Of a stretch of 64,000 bases of DNA, positions 19,567-29,654 are shown one piece after another. The stretch spans positions 5,500-69,499 of the forward strand of contig JAJVIN010000025.1 of assembly GCA_022071945.1 (NCBI GenBank), written 5' to 3'. The position numbers and the translations under genes were made by a program. The notes beneath the pieces were generated by a model. The model made no database searches, had not been told where the DNA came from, and saw only the letters and a program-made list of their open reading frames with translations. The DNA comes from Thermoanaerobaculia bacterium. GTDB taxonomy: Bacteria > Acidobacteriota > Thermoanaerobaculia > UBA5066. The number at the start of each line of letters is the position of its first letter. Within the stretch, counting starts at the first letter, position 1.

Positions 19567-21336
19567 GTGGCGGGACCTATTAAGAGCCCGGCCACTGATC
19601 CAACGGCGGCGTCCACGTCGTGGCGCAGCCATAGAGGATTCCGATCGTCCAGTGGCGCCTCTCCGCGTCTATCTCCCGACCAGGATTGTCGCGGGAGAAT
19701 TTCCCGGACGGCCCTGCTGGCGCTGGTGCTCGTCGCCGTTGCCACGGGCCGATTCGCCAGTGGCCAGGACGCGACGGCGTCCAGGACCTCGGAGAACCCC
19801 GAGGTCGTCACGCCAACAGCTGACGTCGAGATCGACGGCACCGTTCTCTTTCGGGTCCGCGGTTTCTCTTCTCTCCCCGCTGAACAGAGGGCCGCGGGGA
19901 TCGTCTCCCGGATCGAGGCGATCGCCAGCGACCAGGCATTCGATCCTGGCACCCTTCGAGCCGTGGACCTCGACGGCATGCTCCAGATCAGGGCTGGCGA
20001 ACGATTTGTGATGTCTGTTTTCGACTCGGACGGGCGGCTCGAGGGCGTGTCGAAGATTGTGCTGGCGAACGCACACGTGAAGCGGATTGGCGAGGCCATC
20101 CTTCAGTACCGGGAGGCACGGAAGCGGCCAGCGCTGGTCCGTGGGGCGGCCATCAGTGCTGGCGTGCTCGTCGCCTTCGTTTTCGCGGCCTGGCTGGTGA
20201 TCCGGTCCTTCCGCAAGCTCTCGGCACTTCTCGAGGGTCGCTACCGGCAGCGCCTCCGCTCGGTCGGCGTGCAGTCTTTCGAGATCGTGAGGGTGGAGCG
20301 CGTCTGGGAAGCGCTGAACGGGGCGCTGAGATTGATCAAGACGGTGGCGCTCGTCACGCTCGCGGTCCTGGCCCTCGACGCGGTGCTCGGTCTCTTTCCA
20401 TGGACGCGTCCGATCGCCCAACGCCTCACGGGTGTCCTGGTACGGCCTCTTGGAGTTCTGTTCCACTCCTTTCTGGCGACCCTCCCGGACCTCATCTTCC
20501 TGTCGGTCCTGTTCTTTGTCGTCCGCTACCTCTTGAGGCTGCTGCGCCTCTTCTTCGAGGCGATCGAGCGGAAGACGGTTTCCTTCGCGGGCTTCGAGCC
20601 GGAGTGGGCACTGCCGACCTACAAGATCGCTCGGGTCGCCGTTGCCGCCTTCGCGATCGTGGTCGCCTACCCCTACATTCCGGGTTCGGGTTCCGCGGCG
20701 TTCAAGGGAGTGTCCCTCTTTCTGGGCATCGTCTTCTCGCTCGGGTCTACCTCCTTCATCTCGAATACGGTTGCCGGCTATTCGATGACGTACCGGCGGG
20801 CCTTCCGGGTCGGTGATCGCGTGCGGATCGGTGATGTGGTCGGAGACGTGACCGAGGTCCGCTTGCAGGTGACACACATCCGTACGCCCAAGAACGAGGA
20901 AGTCACGGTTCCGAACTCGCAGATCCTGGGTTCGAACGTGGTGAACTACAGCAGGCTCGCGAAGGAGCCTGGATTGATCCTTCACACGACGGTCGGCATC
21001 GGGTACGAGACTCCATGGCGCCAGGTGGAAGCGATGCTGTTACTCGCCGCGGAGAGGACTCCCGGCTTGCTGAAGGAGCCGCCGCCCTTCGTCTTGCAGA
21101 CCGCCCTGGGCGACTTTTGCGTCACCTACGAGATCAACGTCTATTGTGACGCCCCGCACAGGATGCCGGCCCTCTACGCCGAACTCCACCGGCAGATTCT
21201 TGACGTTTTCAACGAATACGGCGTCCAGATCATGACCCCTGCCTATGAAGGCGACACGGCGCAGCCGAAGGTCGTCCCAAAGGATCAGTGGTTCCTCGCG
21301 CCGGCGCACTCTTCTCACGCGGGAGATCGGCAGTGA
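19567..21336 (+). CDS. MscS-family mechanosensitive channel with periplasmic N-terminal domain
   Basis: YPYIPGSGS.AFKG.S.F.G..FSLGS; RAFRVGDRV; VTVPNS; VGIGYETPWRQV; GVQIMTPAYE. True start probably downstream of 19567. Confidence 0.88.
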   Translation: MAGPIKSPATDPTAASTSWRSHRGFRSSSGASPRLSPDQDCRGRISRTALLALVLVAVATGRFASGQDATASRTSENPEVVTPTADVEIDGTVLFRVRGFSSLPAEQRAAGIVSRIEAIASDQAFDPGTLRAVDLDGMLQIRAGERFVMSVFDSDGRLEGVSKIVLANAHVKRIGEAILQYREARKRPALVRGAAISAGVLVAFVFAAWLVIRSFRKLSALLEGRYRQRLRSVGVQSFEIVRVERVWEALNGALRLIKTVALVTLAVLALDAVLGLFPWTRPIAQRLTGVLVRPLGVLFHSFLATLPDLIFLSVLFFVVRYLLRLLRLFFEAIERKTVSFAGFEPEWALPTYKIARVAVAAFAIVVAYPYIPGSGSAAFKGVSLFLGIVFSLGSTSFISNTVAGYSMTYRRAFRVGDRVRIGDVVGDVTEVRLQVTHIRTPKNEEVTVPNSQILGSNVVNYSRLAKEPGLILHTTVGIGYETPWRQVEAMLLLAAERTPGLLKEPPPFVLQTALGDFCVTYEINVYCDAPHRMPALYAELHRQILDVFNEYGVQIMTPAYEGDTAQPKVVPKDQWFLAPAHSSHAGDRQ

Positions 21337-21417
21337 GGCCCCCTCATTCGTGACGTCATCCAGCGATTCCGGTCCCACTCTTCTCCACCGCGGCCCTTCT
21401 CCGATGCCGCCTCCGCC

Positions 21418-21752
21418 CGGGTGTTCATCGCCATCCGCGCATGCGCGAAGGGGCTCGAGATGATTCACGGCGCCGAGGTCACAAACGCGCCCGGGTACCG
21501 GTGCGCCCTGGTGGATTCCTCGGTTGCTGCGAATGCCGCCCTGGCGGCGCTCACACGCTCGCCGTGCCGGAGTCCGGCCACGGCCCTGAAGCCATGGTCG
21601 GGGTCTACGACCTCTCGAGCCGGATTGTCCACGACCTGATGTCCGGGCAGCCCGGGCTAGGGAAGCCTCCCGGTAACGAGGAGGAGTTCCGCTCGATGCC
21701 GGAGAAAATGCTGGACAGCGATGCCATTCGCGCACGGCTCGGAGCCGGCTGA
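21418..21752 (+). pseudogene. Frameshifted gene remnant resembling the C-terminal part of a beta-carbonic anhydrase
   Basis: One frame reads ...PGYRCALVDSSVAANAALAALT and the next frame continues ...MVGVYDLSSRIV..GL..PP...F. The resemblance is from memory of the family; no N-terminal Cys/His zinc ligands are visible. Confidence 0.4.
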
Positions 21753-21784
21753 TCCAGCTATCATTGTTCTTTGGAGGTTCGTGC

Positions 21785-23716
21785 ATGCGCCCATTCCGTC
21801 CCGGTTCCGTGATCCTCGGGCTCGGTCTCCTCTTCTTCGCAACCCCTGCTGTTCTCGCGCAGGATGCCGGCTACCACGATCCGGTGGCTTCCGAGAAGGC
21901 CTTCCCGAAGAAGCCGTACTCGCCTTACGCCGGCCGCGACTTCCCGATCCGTCCATTCTTCGGAGACACGCATCTCCACACTTCATTCTCGATGGACGCC
22001 GGGGCGGCTGGCGCACGGCTCGGCCCGGGCGACGCCTACCGCTTCGCTCGGGGCGAGGAGATCACGGCCTCCTCCAACCAGCCCGTGAAGCTCTCCCGTC
22101 CGCTCGATTTTCTCGTCGTCGCCGACCACTCGGACGGCTTCGGCTTCTTCCCCCTCCTGATGTCCGGCGACCCGACCCTGCTCTCCACGGAGAAGGGCCG
22201 CTTGTGGTACGAGCAGATCAAGGGGGGCAAGGGTGCCGAGGCGGCCTTCGACATCATCCAGGCCTTCAGCGCCAATAAGATGCCCAAGGGGTTCCCTGTA
22301 CCCGGCGCGCCCGCCTATCGCTCGGCCTGGCAGGAGGTCATAAAGGCCGCCGAGACCTACAACGATCCCGGCCGCTTCACGACCTTCATCGGGTTCGAAT
22401 GGACCGTCAACACGGGCGGCAACAACCTGCACCGGAACATCATCTTCCGGGGCAACGGCACCCAGGCGGCCCGGGTCGAGCCGTACACCACCATCCCTCC
22501 GCTGGGAAGCGACAACCCCGTGGACCTCTGGAAGTGGATGGCAGTGGCGGAGGAGAAGACCGGGAGCGATATCCTGGCCATCGCGCACAACGGAAACCTC
22601 AGCAACGGAACGATGTTCCCGGTTGTCGAGGCCTTCGGGAAGAAGATCGACAAGGAATACGTGGAGACGCGCGCGAAGTGGGAGCGGCTCTACGAGGTGA
22701 CGCAGATGAAGGGGGACGGCGAGACACACCCCCTCCTTTCCCCCACTGACGAGTTCGCCGACTTCGAGATCTGGGACAAGGCCAACCTCGCCGTCACCCA
22801 GGCAAAGAAGAAGGAGATGCTCGAGTTCGAGTACGCGCGCGCGGCGCTCAAGAACGGCCTCTCACTCGAGGCGAAGCTCGGCACCAACCCGTACAAGTTC
22901 GGCATGATCGGGAGCACCGACGCTCACACGGGTCTTCCCGCGGTGGAAGAAGAAAACTTCTTCGGCAAGGTCACCGTCAGCGAACCGAATCCCGAACGGC
23001 TCACGGCCAACTTCATGACGAACCCCAAGATCGGGGTCACCATCAAGGACTGGGAGGTCTCTGCCTCCGGCTACGCGGCGGTCTGGGCCAAGGAGAACAC
23101 CCGCGAGTCGATCTTCGACGCGATGCAGAGGAGAGAGACCTACGCCACGACGGGATCACGCATGATCGTCCGTCTCTTCGGCGGTTTCGACTTCGAGCCG
23201 AAAGACGCACACGACCGCCTGATCGCGCGGGTCGGCTACAGCAAGGGCGTTCCCATGGGTGGCGACCTCGAGAAGGCACCGAAGGGGAAGGTCCCATCCT
23301 TCCTGGTCGGAGCGCTCAAGGACCCCATCGGCGCCAATCTCGATCGCATCCAGATCATCAAGGGCTGGATGGACGCCAAGGGTGAACTCCACGAGAAGGT
23401 CTACGACGTCGCCTGGTCCGACGGCCGCAAGCCCGACCCGAAGACAGGGAAGTTGCCCTCTGTCGGCAACACCGTCGATGTCGCCAACGCCACGTGGACG
23501 AACTCGATCGGCGCCCCCGAGCTGATCACCGTCTGGAAGGACCCGTCTTTCGACCCGGCGCAGCGCGCCTTCTACTACGCCCGCGTCATCGAGATCCCGA
23601 CGCCCCGCTGGACGGCTTATGACGCCCAGCGCTTCGGCACGAAGGCTCTTCCCGGAACCCGCATGACCATCACGGAGCGGGCCTACACGTCGCCGATCTG
23701 GTACACGCCCAACTGA
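21785..23716 (+). CDS. DUF3604 family secreted PHP-like metalloprotein, copy 1
   Basis: GGAGG RBS; signal peptide; GDTHLHT, VADHSD, FEWT, NLHRN, AHNGNLSNG, GSTDAH; ends ERAYTSPIWY. Confidence 0.92.
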   Translation: MRPFRPGSVILGLGLLFFATPAVLAQDAGYHDPVASEKAFPKKPYSPYAGRDFPIRPFFGDTHLHTSFSMDAGAAGARLGPGDAYRFARGEEITASSNQPVKLSRPLDFLVVADHSDGFGFFPLLMSGDPTLLSTEKGRLWYEQIKGGKGAEAAFDIIQAFSANKMPKGFPVPGAPAYRSAWQEVIKAAETYNDPGRFTTFIGFEWTVNTGGNNLHRNIIFRGNGTQAARVEPYTTIPPLGSDNPVDLWKWMAVAEEKTGSDILAIAHNGNLSNGTMFPVVEAFGKKIDKEYVETRAKWERLYEVTQMKGDGETHPLLSPTDEFADFEIWDKANLAVTQAKKKEMLEFEYARAALKNGLSLEAKLGTNPYKFGMIGSTDAHTGLPAVEEENFFGKVTVSEPNPERLTANFMTNPKIGVTIKDWEVSASGYAAVWAKENTRESIFDAMQRRETYATTGSRMIVRLFGGFDFEPKDAHDRLIARVGYSKGVPMGGDLEKAPKGKVPSFLVGALKDPIGANLDRIQIIKGWMDAKGELHEKVYDVAWSDGRKPDPKTGKLPSVGNTVDVANATWTNSIGAPELITVWKDPSFDPAQRAFYYARVIEIPTPRWTAYDAQRFGTKALPGTRMTITERAYTSPIWYTPN

Positions 23717-23730
23717 TGCCATCCGCCGGC

Positions 23731-23758
23731 GCCTCTCCTTGCGCGAGCAGGGAGAGGC
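23731..23758 (+). terminator. Intergenic GC-rich stem-loop after DUF3604 copy 1 (terminator or mRNA stabiliser)
   Basis: gcctctccttgc-gcga-gcagggagaggc; a near-identical hairpin lies at 26332-26359. No U-tract. Confidence 0.5.
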
Positions 23759-23795
23759 CCAGCCCCTTCCCCTTGAAACAGGCGACGTTCCTACC

Positions 23796-24392
23796 GTGAA
23801 GACGGTTCTGCGCGAGCCTCTGCTCCACTTCCTCGCCCTCGGCGCCCTTCGGTTCGCATGGTTCGAGTGGAAGGGCGGGGCCTCCGGACCGGGCACCAAC
23901 CGTATCGTCGTCACGCCGGGACAGGTGGAACACCTGGTCTCGGGCTACACACGCACCTTCGGGCGCCCGCCGGCGGAGGCTGAACTCGAGGGCTTGATCG
24001 ACGACTACGTCAAGGAGGAGATCGCCACGCGGGAGGCGACGGCCATGGGCCTCGACCGCGACGACACGGTCATCCGCCGCCGGCTCCGCCAGAAACTGGA
24101 ATTCCTCGCGGAGGAAGCGGTCGGCACCGCCACTCCCACCGATGCCGAGATCCAGGCTTGGGTCGATGCTCACCCCGAGTCCTTCGGCGGCGATGTCCGG
24201 CTTTCCTTCCGGCAGGTCTACATCAAGAAGGCAGGCAAGGGTCCCGCCGTCAAGGGAGAGGCTGAAAAGCTCCTCGCCCAGCTGCGGGCGGCTGGTCCCA
24301 AAACAAACACGGAGACCCTCGGGGACTCAACCATGCTCCCGTCGTGCTGGACCGACTATCATGGGCTCATGGAGGTACGTGCGTGCGCCTAA
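23796..24392 (+). pseudogene. Truncated copy of the peptidyl-prolyl isomerase gene
   Basis: Near-identical to 26397-26942 up to nt 24341 (LGDSTMLP), then unrelated sequence and a stop; Leu-to-Arg change in the N-terminal TM segment. Confidence 0.85.
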
Positions 24393-26317
24393 CCCGTTCC
24401 ACGTCCTGGATCCTCGGGCTCGGTCTTCTCGTTTCCGCCAGTTCGTCCAGCCTCGCACAAGATGCCGGGCAGGCAGACAAGGCGACACTGGAAAAGGCCC
24501 AGCCCAAGCCCCTGTACTCACCCTACGCGGGCAGGGACTACCCGACGCGGCCCCTTTTCGGCGACACACACCTTCACACGGCGTTGTCCTTCGACGCAGG
24601 CATCTTCGGAGCCCGCGTCACGCCTGAAGACGCCTACCGATTCGCCCGCGGTGAGGAGATCACCTCCTCGACCGGGCAGCGGGTCAAACTGTCCCGGCCG
24701 CTCGACTGGCTCGTGGTGGCAGACCACTCCGACAACATGGGACTCATCACAGACCTCATGGCCGGGAAACCGGAGTTGCTCGCGGTCCCGAAGGGGCGCC
24801 GCTGGTACGACATGATGCAGGAGGGAAAGGGAGCCGACGCGGCGATCGAGATGATCATGTCCTTCGGCGAAGGTACCTTCCCGAAGGAGATGGTCTACGC
24901 GCCCGGCACCCCTGCCTATCGGTCGGCCTGGCAGGCGGAGATCAAGGCGGCCGAGACCTACAACGACCCCAAGCGGTTCACCGCGTTCATCGGCTTCGAG
25001 TGGACCTCCAACACGGGCGCCAACAACCTGCACCGCAACATCATTTTTCGCGGTAACGGGGCACAAGCCATCCTGGTCGAGCCGTTCGTCACCTTCAAGC
25101 CGTGGGGTAGCGACAACCCCGAGGACCTCTGGAAGTGGATGACGGCCACGGAAGAGAAGACAGGGAGCCCGGTTCTCGCGATTGCGCACAATGGCAACCT
25201 GAGCAACGGGATCATGTTCCCGATGGTCGAGGCATTCGGCAAGAAGCTCGACCGCCAGTACGTTGAGACGCGGGCGAAGAGAGAACGGCTCTACGAGGTT
25301 ACCCAGACAAAGGGGACCGGCGAGGCCCACCCGGTTCTCTCGCCCAATGACGAGTTCGCCGACTTCGAGATCTGGGACAAGGGCAACCTCGACGGCAGTG
25401 TTGCCAAGAAGAAGGAGATGCTCGAATACGAGTATGCACGCTCCGCTCTGAAGAACGGCCTGAAGCTCGAGCAGCAGCTCGGCGTGAACCCCTACAAGTT
25501 CGGGATGATCGGCAGCACCGACGCGCACAACGGACTCGCCGCCGTGGAAGAGGACAACTTCTTCGGAAAGACAGCACCACAGGAGCCCAGCCCGGAACGG
25601 TTGACGAAGACCTTCGTAACCAACCCGAAGAGCGGCGTGAAGATCATGGACTGGGAAGTCGGGGCTTCGGGCTACGCGGCGGTCTGGGCGATGGAGAATA
25701 CGCGCGAGTCGATCTTCGACGCCATGCAGAGGCGGGAAACCTACGCCACGACGGGATCGCGCATGATCGTCCGCTTCTTCGGCGGCTTCAACTTCGAGCC
25801 GAGAGACGCGCAGGACCGTATGCCAGCGAGAATCGGCTACAGCAAGGGCGTGCCGATGGGAGGGGATCTCGAGAAGGCGCCCAAGGGCAAGTCTCCGGCC
25901 TTTCTGGTCGCGGCCCTCAAGGACCCCATCGGCGCCAATCTCGACCGGATCCAGATCATCAAGGGCTGGATGGACGCCAAGGGTGAACTCCACGAGAAGG
26001 TCTACGACGTCGCCTGGTCCGACGGCCGCAAGCCCGACCCGAAGACAGGGAAGTTGCCCTCTGTCGGCAACACCGTCGATATCGCAAGTGCAACATGGAC
26101 CAACTCGATCGGATCTCCCGAGCTGATCGCCGTCTGGAAAGACCCGTCTTTCGACCCAACCCAGCGCGCCTTCTACTACGTCCGCGTCATCGAGATCCCG
26201 ACGCCCCGCTGGACGGCGTACGACGCCCAGCGCTTTGGCATCAAGCCACACCCCGAGACCCGCATGACCGTGACGGAGCGGGCCTACACGTCGCCGATTT
26301 GGTACACGCCCAACTGA
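24383..26317 (+). CDS. DUF3604 family secreted PHP-like metalloprotein, copy 2
   Basis: GGAGG RBS context matches copy 1; same His/Asp motifs; signal peptide. Confidence 0.92.
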   Translation: MRLTRSTSWILGLGLLVSASSSSLAQDAGQADKATLEKAQPKPLYSPYAGRDYPTRPLFGDTHLHTALSFDAGIFGARVTPEDAYRFARGEEITSSTGQRVKLSRPLDWLVVADHSDNMGLITDLMAGKPELLAVPKGRRWYDMMQEGKGADAAIEMIMSFGEGTFPKEMVYAPGTPAYRSAWQAEIKAAETYNDPKRFTAFIGFEWTSNTGANNLHRNIIFRGNGAQAILVEPFVTFKPWGSDNPEDLWKWMTATEEKTGSPVLAIAHNGNLSNGIMFPMVEAFGKKLDRQYVETRAKRERLYEVTQTKGTGEAHPVLSPNDEFADFEIWDKGNLDGSVAKKKEMLEYEYARSALKNGLKLEQQLGVNPYKFGMIGSTDAHNGLAAVEEDNFFGKTAPQEPSPERLTKTFVTNPKSGVKIMDWEVGASGYAAVWAMENTRESIFDAMQRRETYATTGSRMIVRFFGGFNFEPRDAQDRMPARIGYSKGVPMGGDLEKAPKGKSPAFLVAALKDPIGANLDRIQIIKGWMDAKGELHEKVYDVAWSDGRKPDPKTGKLPSVGNTVDIASATWTNSIGSPELIAVWKDPSFDPTQRAFYYVRVIEIPTPRWTAYDAQRFGIKPHPETRMTVTERAYTSPIWYTPN

Positions 26318-26396
26318 TGTCATCCGCCGGCGCCTCTCCTTACGTGAGCAGGGAGAGGCCCAGCCCCTTCCTCTTGAATCAGGCGACGTTCCTACC

Positions 26397-27275
26397 GTGA
26401 AGACGGTTCTGCGCGAGCCTCTGCTCCACTTCCTCGCCCTCGGCGCCCTTCTGTTCGCATGGTTCGAGTGGAAGGGCGGGGCCTCCGGACCGGGCACCAA
26501 CCGTATCGTCGTCACGCCGGGACAGGTGGAACACCTGGTCTCGGGTTACACACGCACCTTCGGGCGCCCGCCGGCGGAGGCTGAACTCGAGGGCTTGATC
26601 GACGACTACGTCAAGGAGGAGATCGCCACGCGGGAGGCGACGGCCATGGGCCTCGACCGCGACGACACGGTGATCCGCCGCCGGCTCCGCCAGAAACTGG
26701 AATTCCTCGCGGAGGAAGCGGTCGGCACCACCACTCCCACCGATGCCGAGATCCAGGCTTGGGTCGATGCTCACCCCGAGTCCTTCGGCGGCGATGTCCG
26801 GCTTTCCTTCCGGCAGGTCTACATCAAGAAGGCAGGCAAGGGTCCCGCCGTCAAGGGAGAGGCTGAAAAGCTCCTCGCCCAGCTGCGGGCGGCTGGTCCC
26901 GAAACAAACACACAGACCCTCGGGGACTCAACCATGCTCCCGGCGGAGATATCGCTCCTGCCCCTCTTCGAGGTCGGCCGGACGTTCGGGGACGGATTCG
27001 CAAAGAAGCTCCTCACGATCGAGCCGGGGACCTGGTCCGGCCCGATCGAGTCCTCGTATGGACTGCACATCGTCCTCGTTCGTGAACGCACCGAGGCCGA
27101 AAAGCCGAGCCTCACCCTGGTCCGTCCGCTCGTCGAACGCGAGCTGGCCGCCGAGCGCGGCAGACGAGAGCTGGAGAAGCTCTACGAACGGCTCCTCACC
27201 CGGTACACCGTCACGATCGAGATGCCGAAAGCGGTGCCGGACTCCGGCGAGGGGAAAGCGGAGGGCAGGCCGTGA
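26397..27275 (+). CDS. Membrane-anchored PpiC/rotamase-type peptidyl-prolyl isomerase
   Basis: LREPLLHFL..G; GLDRDD..IRRRL.QK; FG..FA..L; W.GPIES.YG.HIV. Confidence 0.88.
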   Translation: MKTVLREPLLHFLALGALLFAWFEWKGGASGPGTNRIVVTPGQVEHLVSGYTRTFGRPPAEAELEGLIDDYVKEEIATREATAMGLDRDDTVIRRRLRQKLEFLAEEAVGTTTPTDAEIQAWVDAHPESFGGDVRLSFRQVYIKKAGKGPAVKGEAEKLLAQLRAAGPETNTQTLGDSTMLPAEISLLPLFEVGRTFGDGFAKKLLTIEPGTWSGPIESSYGLHIVLVRERTEAEKPSLTLVRPLVERELAAERGRRELEKLYERLLTRYTVTIEMPKAVPDSGEGKAEGRP

Positions 27276-28276
27276 GAAGGGCACCCCGCTCGACGGTGGC
27301 AGCCCTCCTTCTCCTCCTGTCCCTACCGGCGCTCGCCCACGAGATGCGCCCCGGCTTCCTCGAGCTGAGAGAGACCGGACCGGAGACCTACTCGTTTCTG
27401 TGGAAGAAACCGAGCGGAGGCGAGGTAGAGATCCAGATCGCGCCGGTCCTTCCGGAAGACTGCCGGCTCGTCACACCCGACCGCCAGCAACTCTCTCCGG
27501 GCGCCGTGATCGTGCGCGGAACACTGACGTGCCGGGGCGGGCTCGGAGGGAAGAGGATCGTGGTGGCGGGTCTCGAGGCGACCGTGACGGACGTCCTGGT
27601 CCGTCTGCACCATGCGGACGGCCGGCTGGAGAGCCACATCCTGCGCCCGGCGACTCCCTTCGTCTCTCTCGGCGAGGTCACGAGCACCGCGCGGCGAGCA
27701 CTCGGCTACGTGCAACTCGGAATCCAGCACATCGTTCTCGGCGTCGACCACTTGCTGTTCGTCCTGGGGCTCCTGCTCATCGTGTCGGACCGCTGGATGC
27801 TCGTGAAGACGATCACCTCGTTCACTCTGGCCCACAGCATCACCCTCGCGATCGCGACGCTCGGATACGCGAGCGCGCCGCTGCCACCGCTCAATGCCGC
27901 CATCGCGCTCTCGATCCTGTTCCTCGGCCCAGAGATCGTTCGCGTCTGGCGGGGCGAGTCGAGCTTCACGATCCGGCACCCCTGGGTCGTGGCCTTCGCG
28001 TTCGGGCTCCTTCACGGGTTCGGCTTCGCGAGCGGCCTGACGGCCATGGGACTCCCGAAGGCCGAGATTCCCCTGGCGCTCTTGCTGTTCAACGCCGGCG
28101 TTGAACTCGGCCAGGTCGCCTTCGTCCTGCTCGTGATCCTCCTCGAGAAGTCGTTCCGGGTGCTGGAGGTGCAATGGCCCCGCTTCGTCGCGCAACTTCC
28201 GGGGTACGCGGTGGGGACGCTCGGAGCGTACTGGACGATTCAGAGGACACTCGTCCTTCTCGTGGGGGCAAGATGA
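27272..28276 (+). CDS. HupE/UreJ family protein (long form, with periplasmic N-terminal domain)
   Basis: ALAHE; LGIQHI..G.DHLLFV; TSFTLAHSITL; FGLLHGFGFA; FNAGVELGQ. GTGA overlap with the upstream gene. Confidence 0.9.
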   Translation: MRRAPRSTVAALLLLLSLPALAHEMRPGFLELRETGPETYSFLWKKPSGGEVEIQIAPVLPEDCRLVTPDRQQLSPGAVIVRGTLTCRGGLGGKRIVVAGLEATVTDVLVRLHHADGRLESHILRPATPFVSLGEVTSTARRALGYVQLGIQHIVLGVDHLLFVLGLLLIVSDRWMLVKTITSFTLAHSITLAIATLGYASAPLPPLNAAIALSILFLGPEIVRVWRGESSFTIRHPWVVAFAFGLLHGFGFASGLTAMGLPKAEIPLALLLFNAGVELGQVAFVLLVILLEKSFRVLEVQWPRFVAQLPGYAVGTLGAYWTIQRTLVLLVGAR

Positions 28277-28911
28277 GACAAACGAACGCGGGCCGATGGA
28301 GCCTTCCTGAAGCGGGGGCCACTCGCGGTGCATTGGCGAAGTCCTTCACAGTGGCCACCGCTCTCTGGCCAGCCCTCGCCTGGGCACACGTCGGCCAGGG
28401 CCGCGCGGAGGGCTTTCTCGCGGGCCTCAGCCATCCCGTCAGCGGCCTGGACCACGTGCTGGCGATGGTGGCTGTCGGCCTCTGGGGTGCCCAGCTCGGG
28501 GCGCCCGCGATCTGGCTCTTGCCGGTGACGTTCCCCATGGTGATGGCCTTCGGCGGGATGCTCGGGCTGGCGGGAGTGCCCCTGCCCGGCGTGGAGGCCG
28601 CCATCGCGCTCTCTGGCGTCCTGCTCGGCCTTGCGGTTCTTGCCGAGTTCCGGCCTCCCCTTCCGGTCGCGGCCGCAATCGTCGGTTTCTTCGCCGTCTT
28701 CCACGGCCATGCCCACGGAGTCGAGCTGCCGGCGGGGGCCAGCGGCCTCACGTACAGCATTGGCTTCGTCGTTGCCACGGGGTTGCTCCACGCAGGCGGC
28801 ATCGGGATTGGTCTGATTCACCGGTGGACCTGGGGACGCCTGCTCCTGAGGGGAGCGGGCGCCTGCGTCGCGGTGGCTGGTGGCTACTTCCTCTGGAGAG
28901 CGTTCGCGTGA
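28273..28911 (+). CDS. HupE/UreJ family Ni/Co permease
   Basis: AWAH..; G..HPVSGLDH.LAMVAVGLW; FHGHAHGVE; AT..LH. ATGA overlap. Confidence 0.92.
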   Translation: MRQTNAGRWSLPEAGATRGALAKSFTVATALWPALAWAHVGQGRAEGFLAGLSHPVSGLDHVLAMVAVGLWGAQLGAPAIWLLPVTFPMVMAFGGMLGLAGVPLPGVEAAIALSGVLLGLAVLAEFRPPLPVAAAIVGFFAVFHGHAHGVELPAGASGLTYSIGFVVATGLLHAGGIGIGLIHRWTWGRLLLRGAGACVAVAGGYFLWRAFA

Positions 28912-29513
28912 CTGTCGCGACGCGGGTGCGCCGCTCACTCGTTGTGGCGGCAACGCTGTTGCTGCCCGCGACGGCACACGCTCACCTGGTCAACACCGGC
29001 CTCGGTCCCTTCTACGACGGCGTCTCCCACTTCGCCCTCACCCCGGAGGACTTTCTCCCGGCCCTGGCTCTGGCATTTCTCGCCGGTCAGCGCGGATCGC
29101 AGCCCGGTCGTGCCCTTCTCTTCGCTCTCCCCGGAGCGTGGCTCGCCGGCGGCGTCGCCGGCCTGCTCTTTCCGGCGATCAGTTCGGCCATCGCCCTCAC
29201 GACGGTCTCCTTCATCCTCCTGGGCGTTCTCGTGGCCGCCGAGGCTCGCTTGGGGACCGGCGTGGTTCTCAGCCTGGCGGTCGTCATCGGTGGATTCCAC
29301 GGCTACCTCAACGGAGCCGCGATGTCGGAGGCGAAGCTGGGGGCCCTTGGATTGACGGGAATCGTCACGACGCTGTTCGTCCTGGTCTCCCTGGCCGCGG
29401 CGATGGTGGTGGCGATCCGGGTTCCGTGGGGACGTATTGCCGTTCGCGTGGCCGGCAGCTGGATTGCGGCCATCGGCTTGCTTCTTCTCGGATGGTCCTT
29501 GCGACCGGGCTGA
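28908..29513 (+). CDS. HupE/UreJ-like protein, divergent
   Basis: AHAHL..TG.GPFYDG.SH...TPED; FHGYLNG; RVAGSWIAA.G. GTGA overlap. Confidence 0.8.
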   Translation: MTVATRVRRSLVVAATLLLPATAHAHLVNTGLGPFYDGVSHFALTPEDFLPALALAFLAGQRGSQPGRALLFALPGAWLAGGVAGLLFPAISSAIALTTVSFILLGVLVAAEARLGTGVVLSLAVVIGGFHGYLNGAAMSEAKLGALGLTGIVTTLFVLVSLAAAMVVAIRVPWGRIAVRVAGSWIAAIGLLLLGWSLRPG

Positions 29514-29654
29514 AGGATCCGGCGGGACAATCCGAGACTCACGCCCAGATGACAAAGAGCCGCGAGCACCCGAAGGCGCCCGCGGCTCAAACTCAATGTT
29601 TCTCCGGGATCATGGGACTGCGGGAAAGGACTGGCTCCTCGCCGGCCCGAGCGG

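Noticed and set aside
27272-29513. Hydrogenase or urease cluster implied by HupE/UreJ
   Set aside because: No hydrogenase, urease or hyp/ure maturation genes are present in the window.
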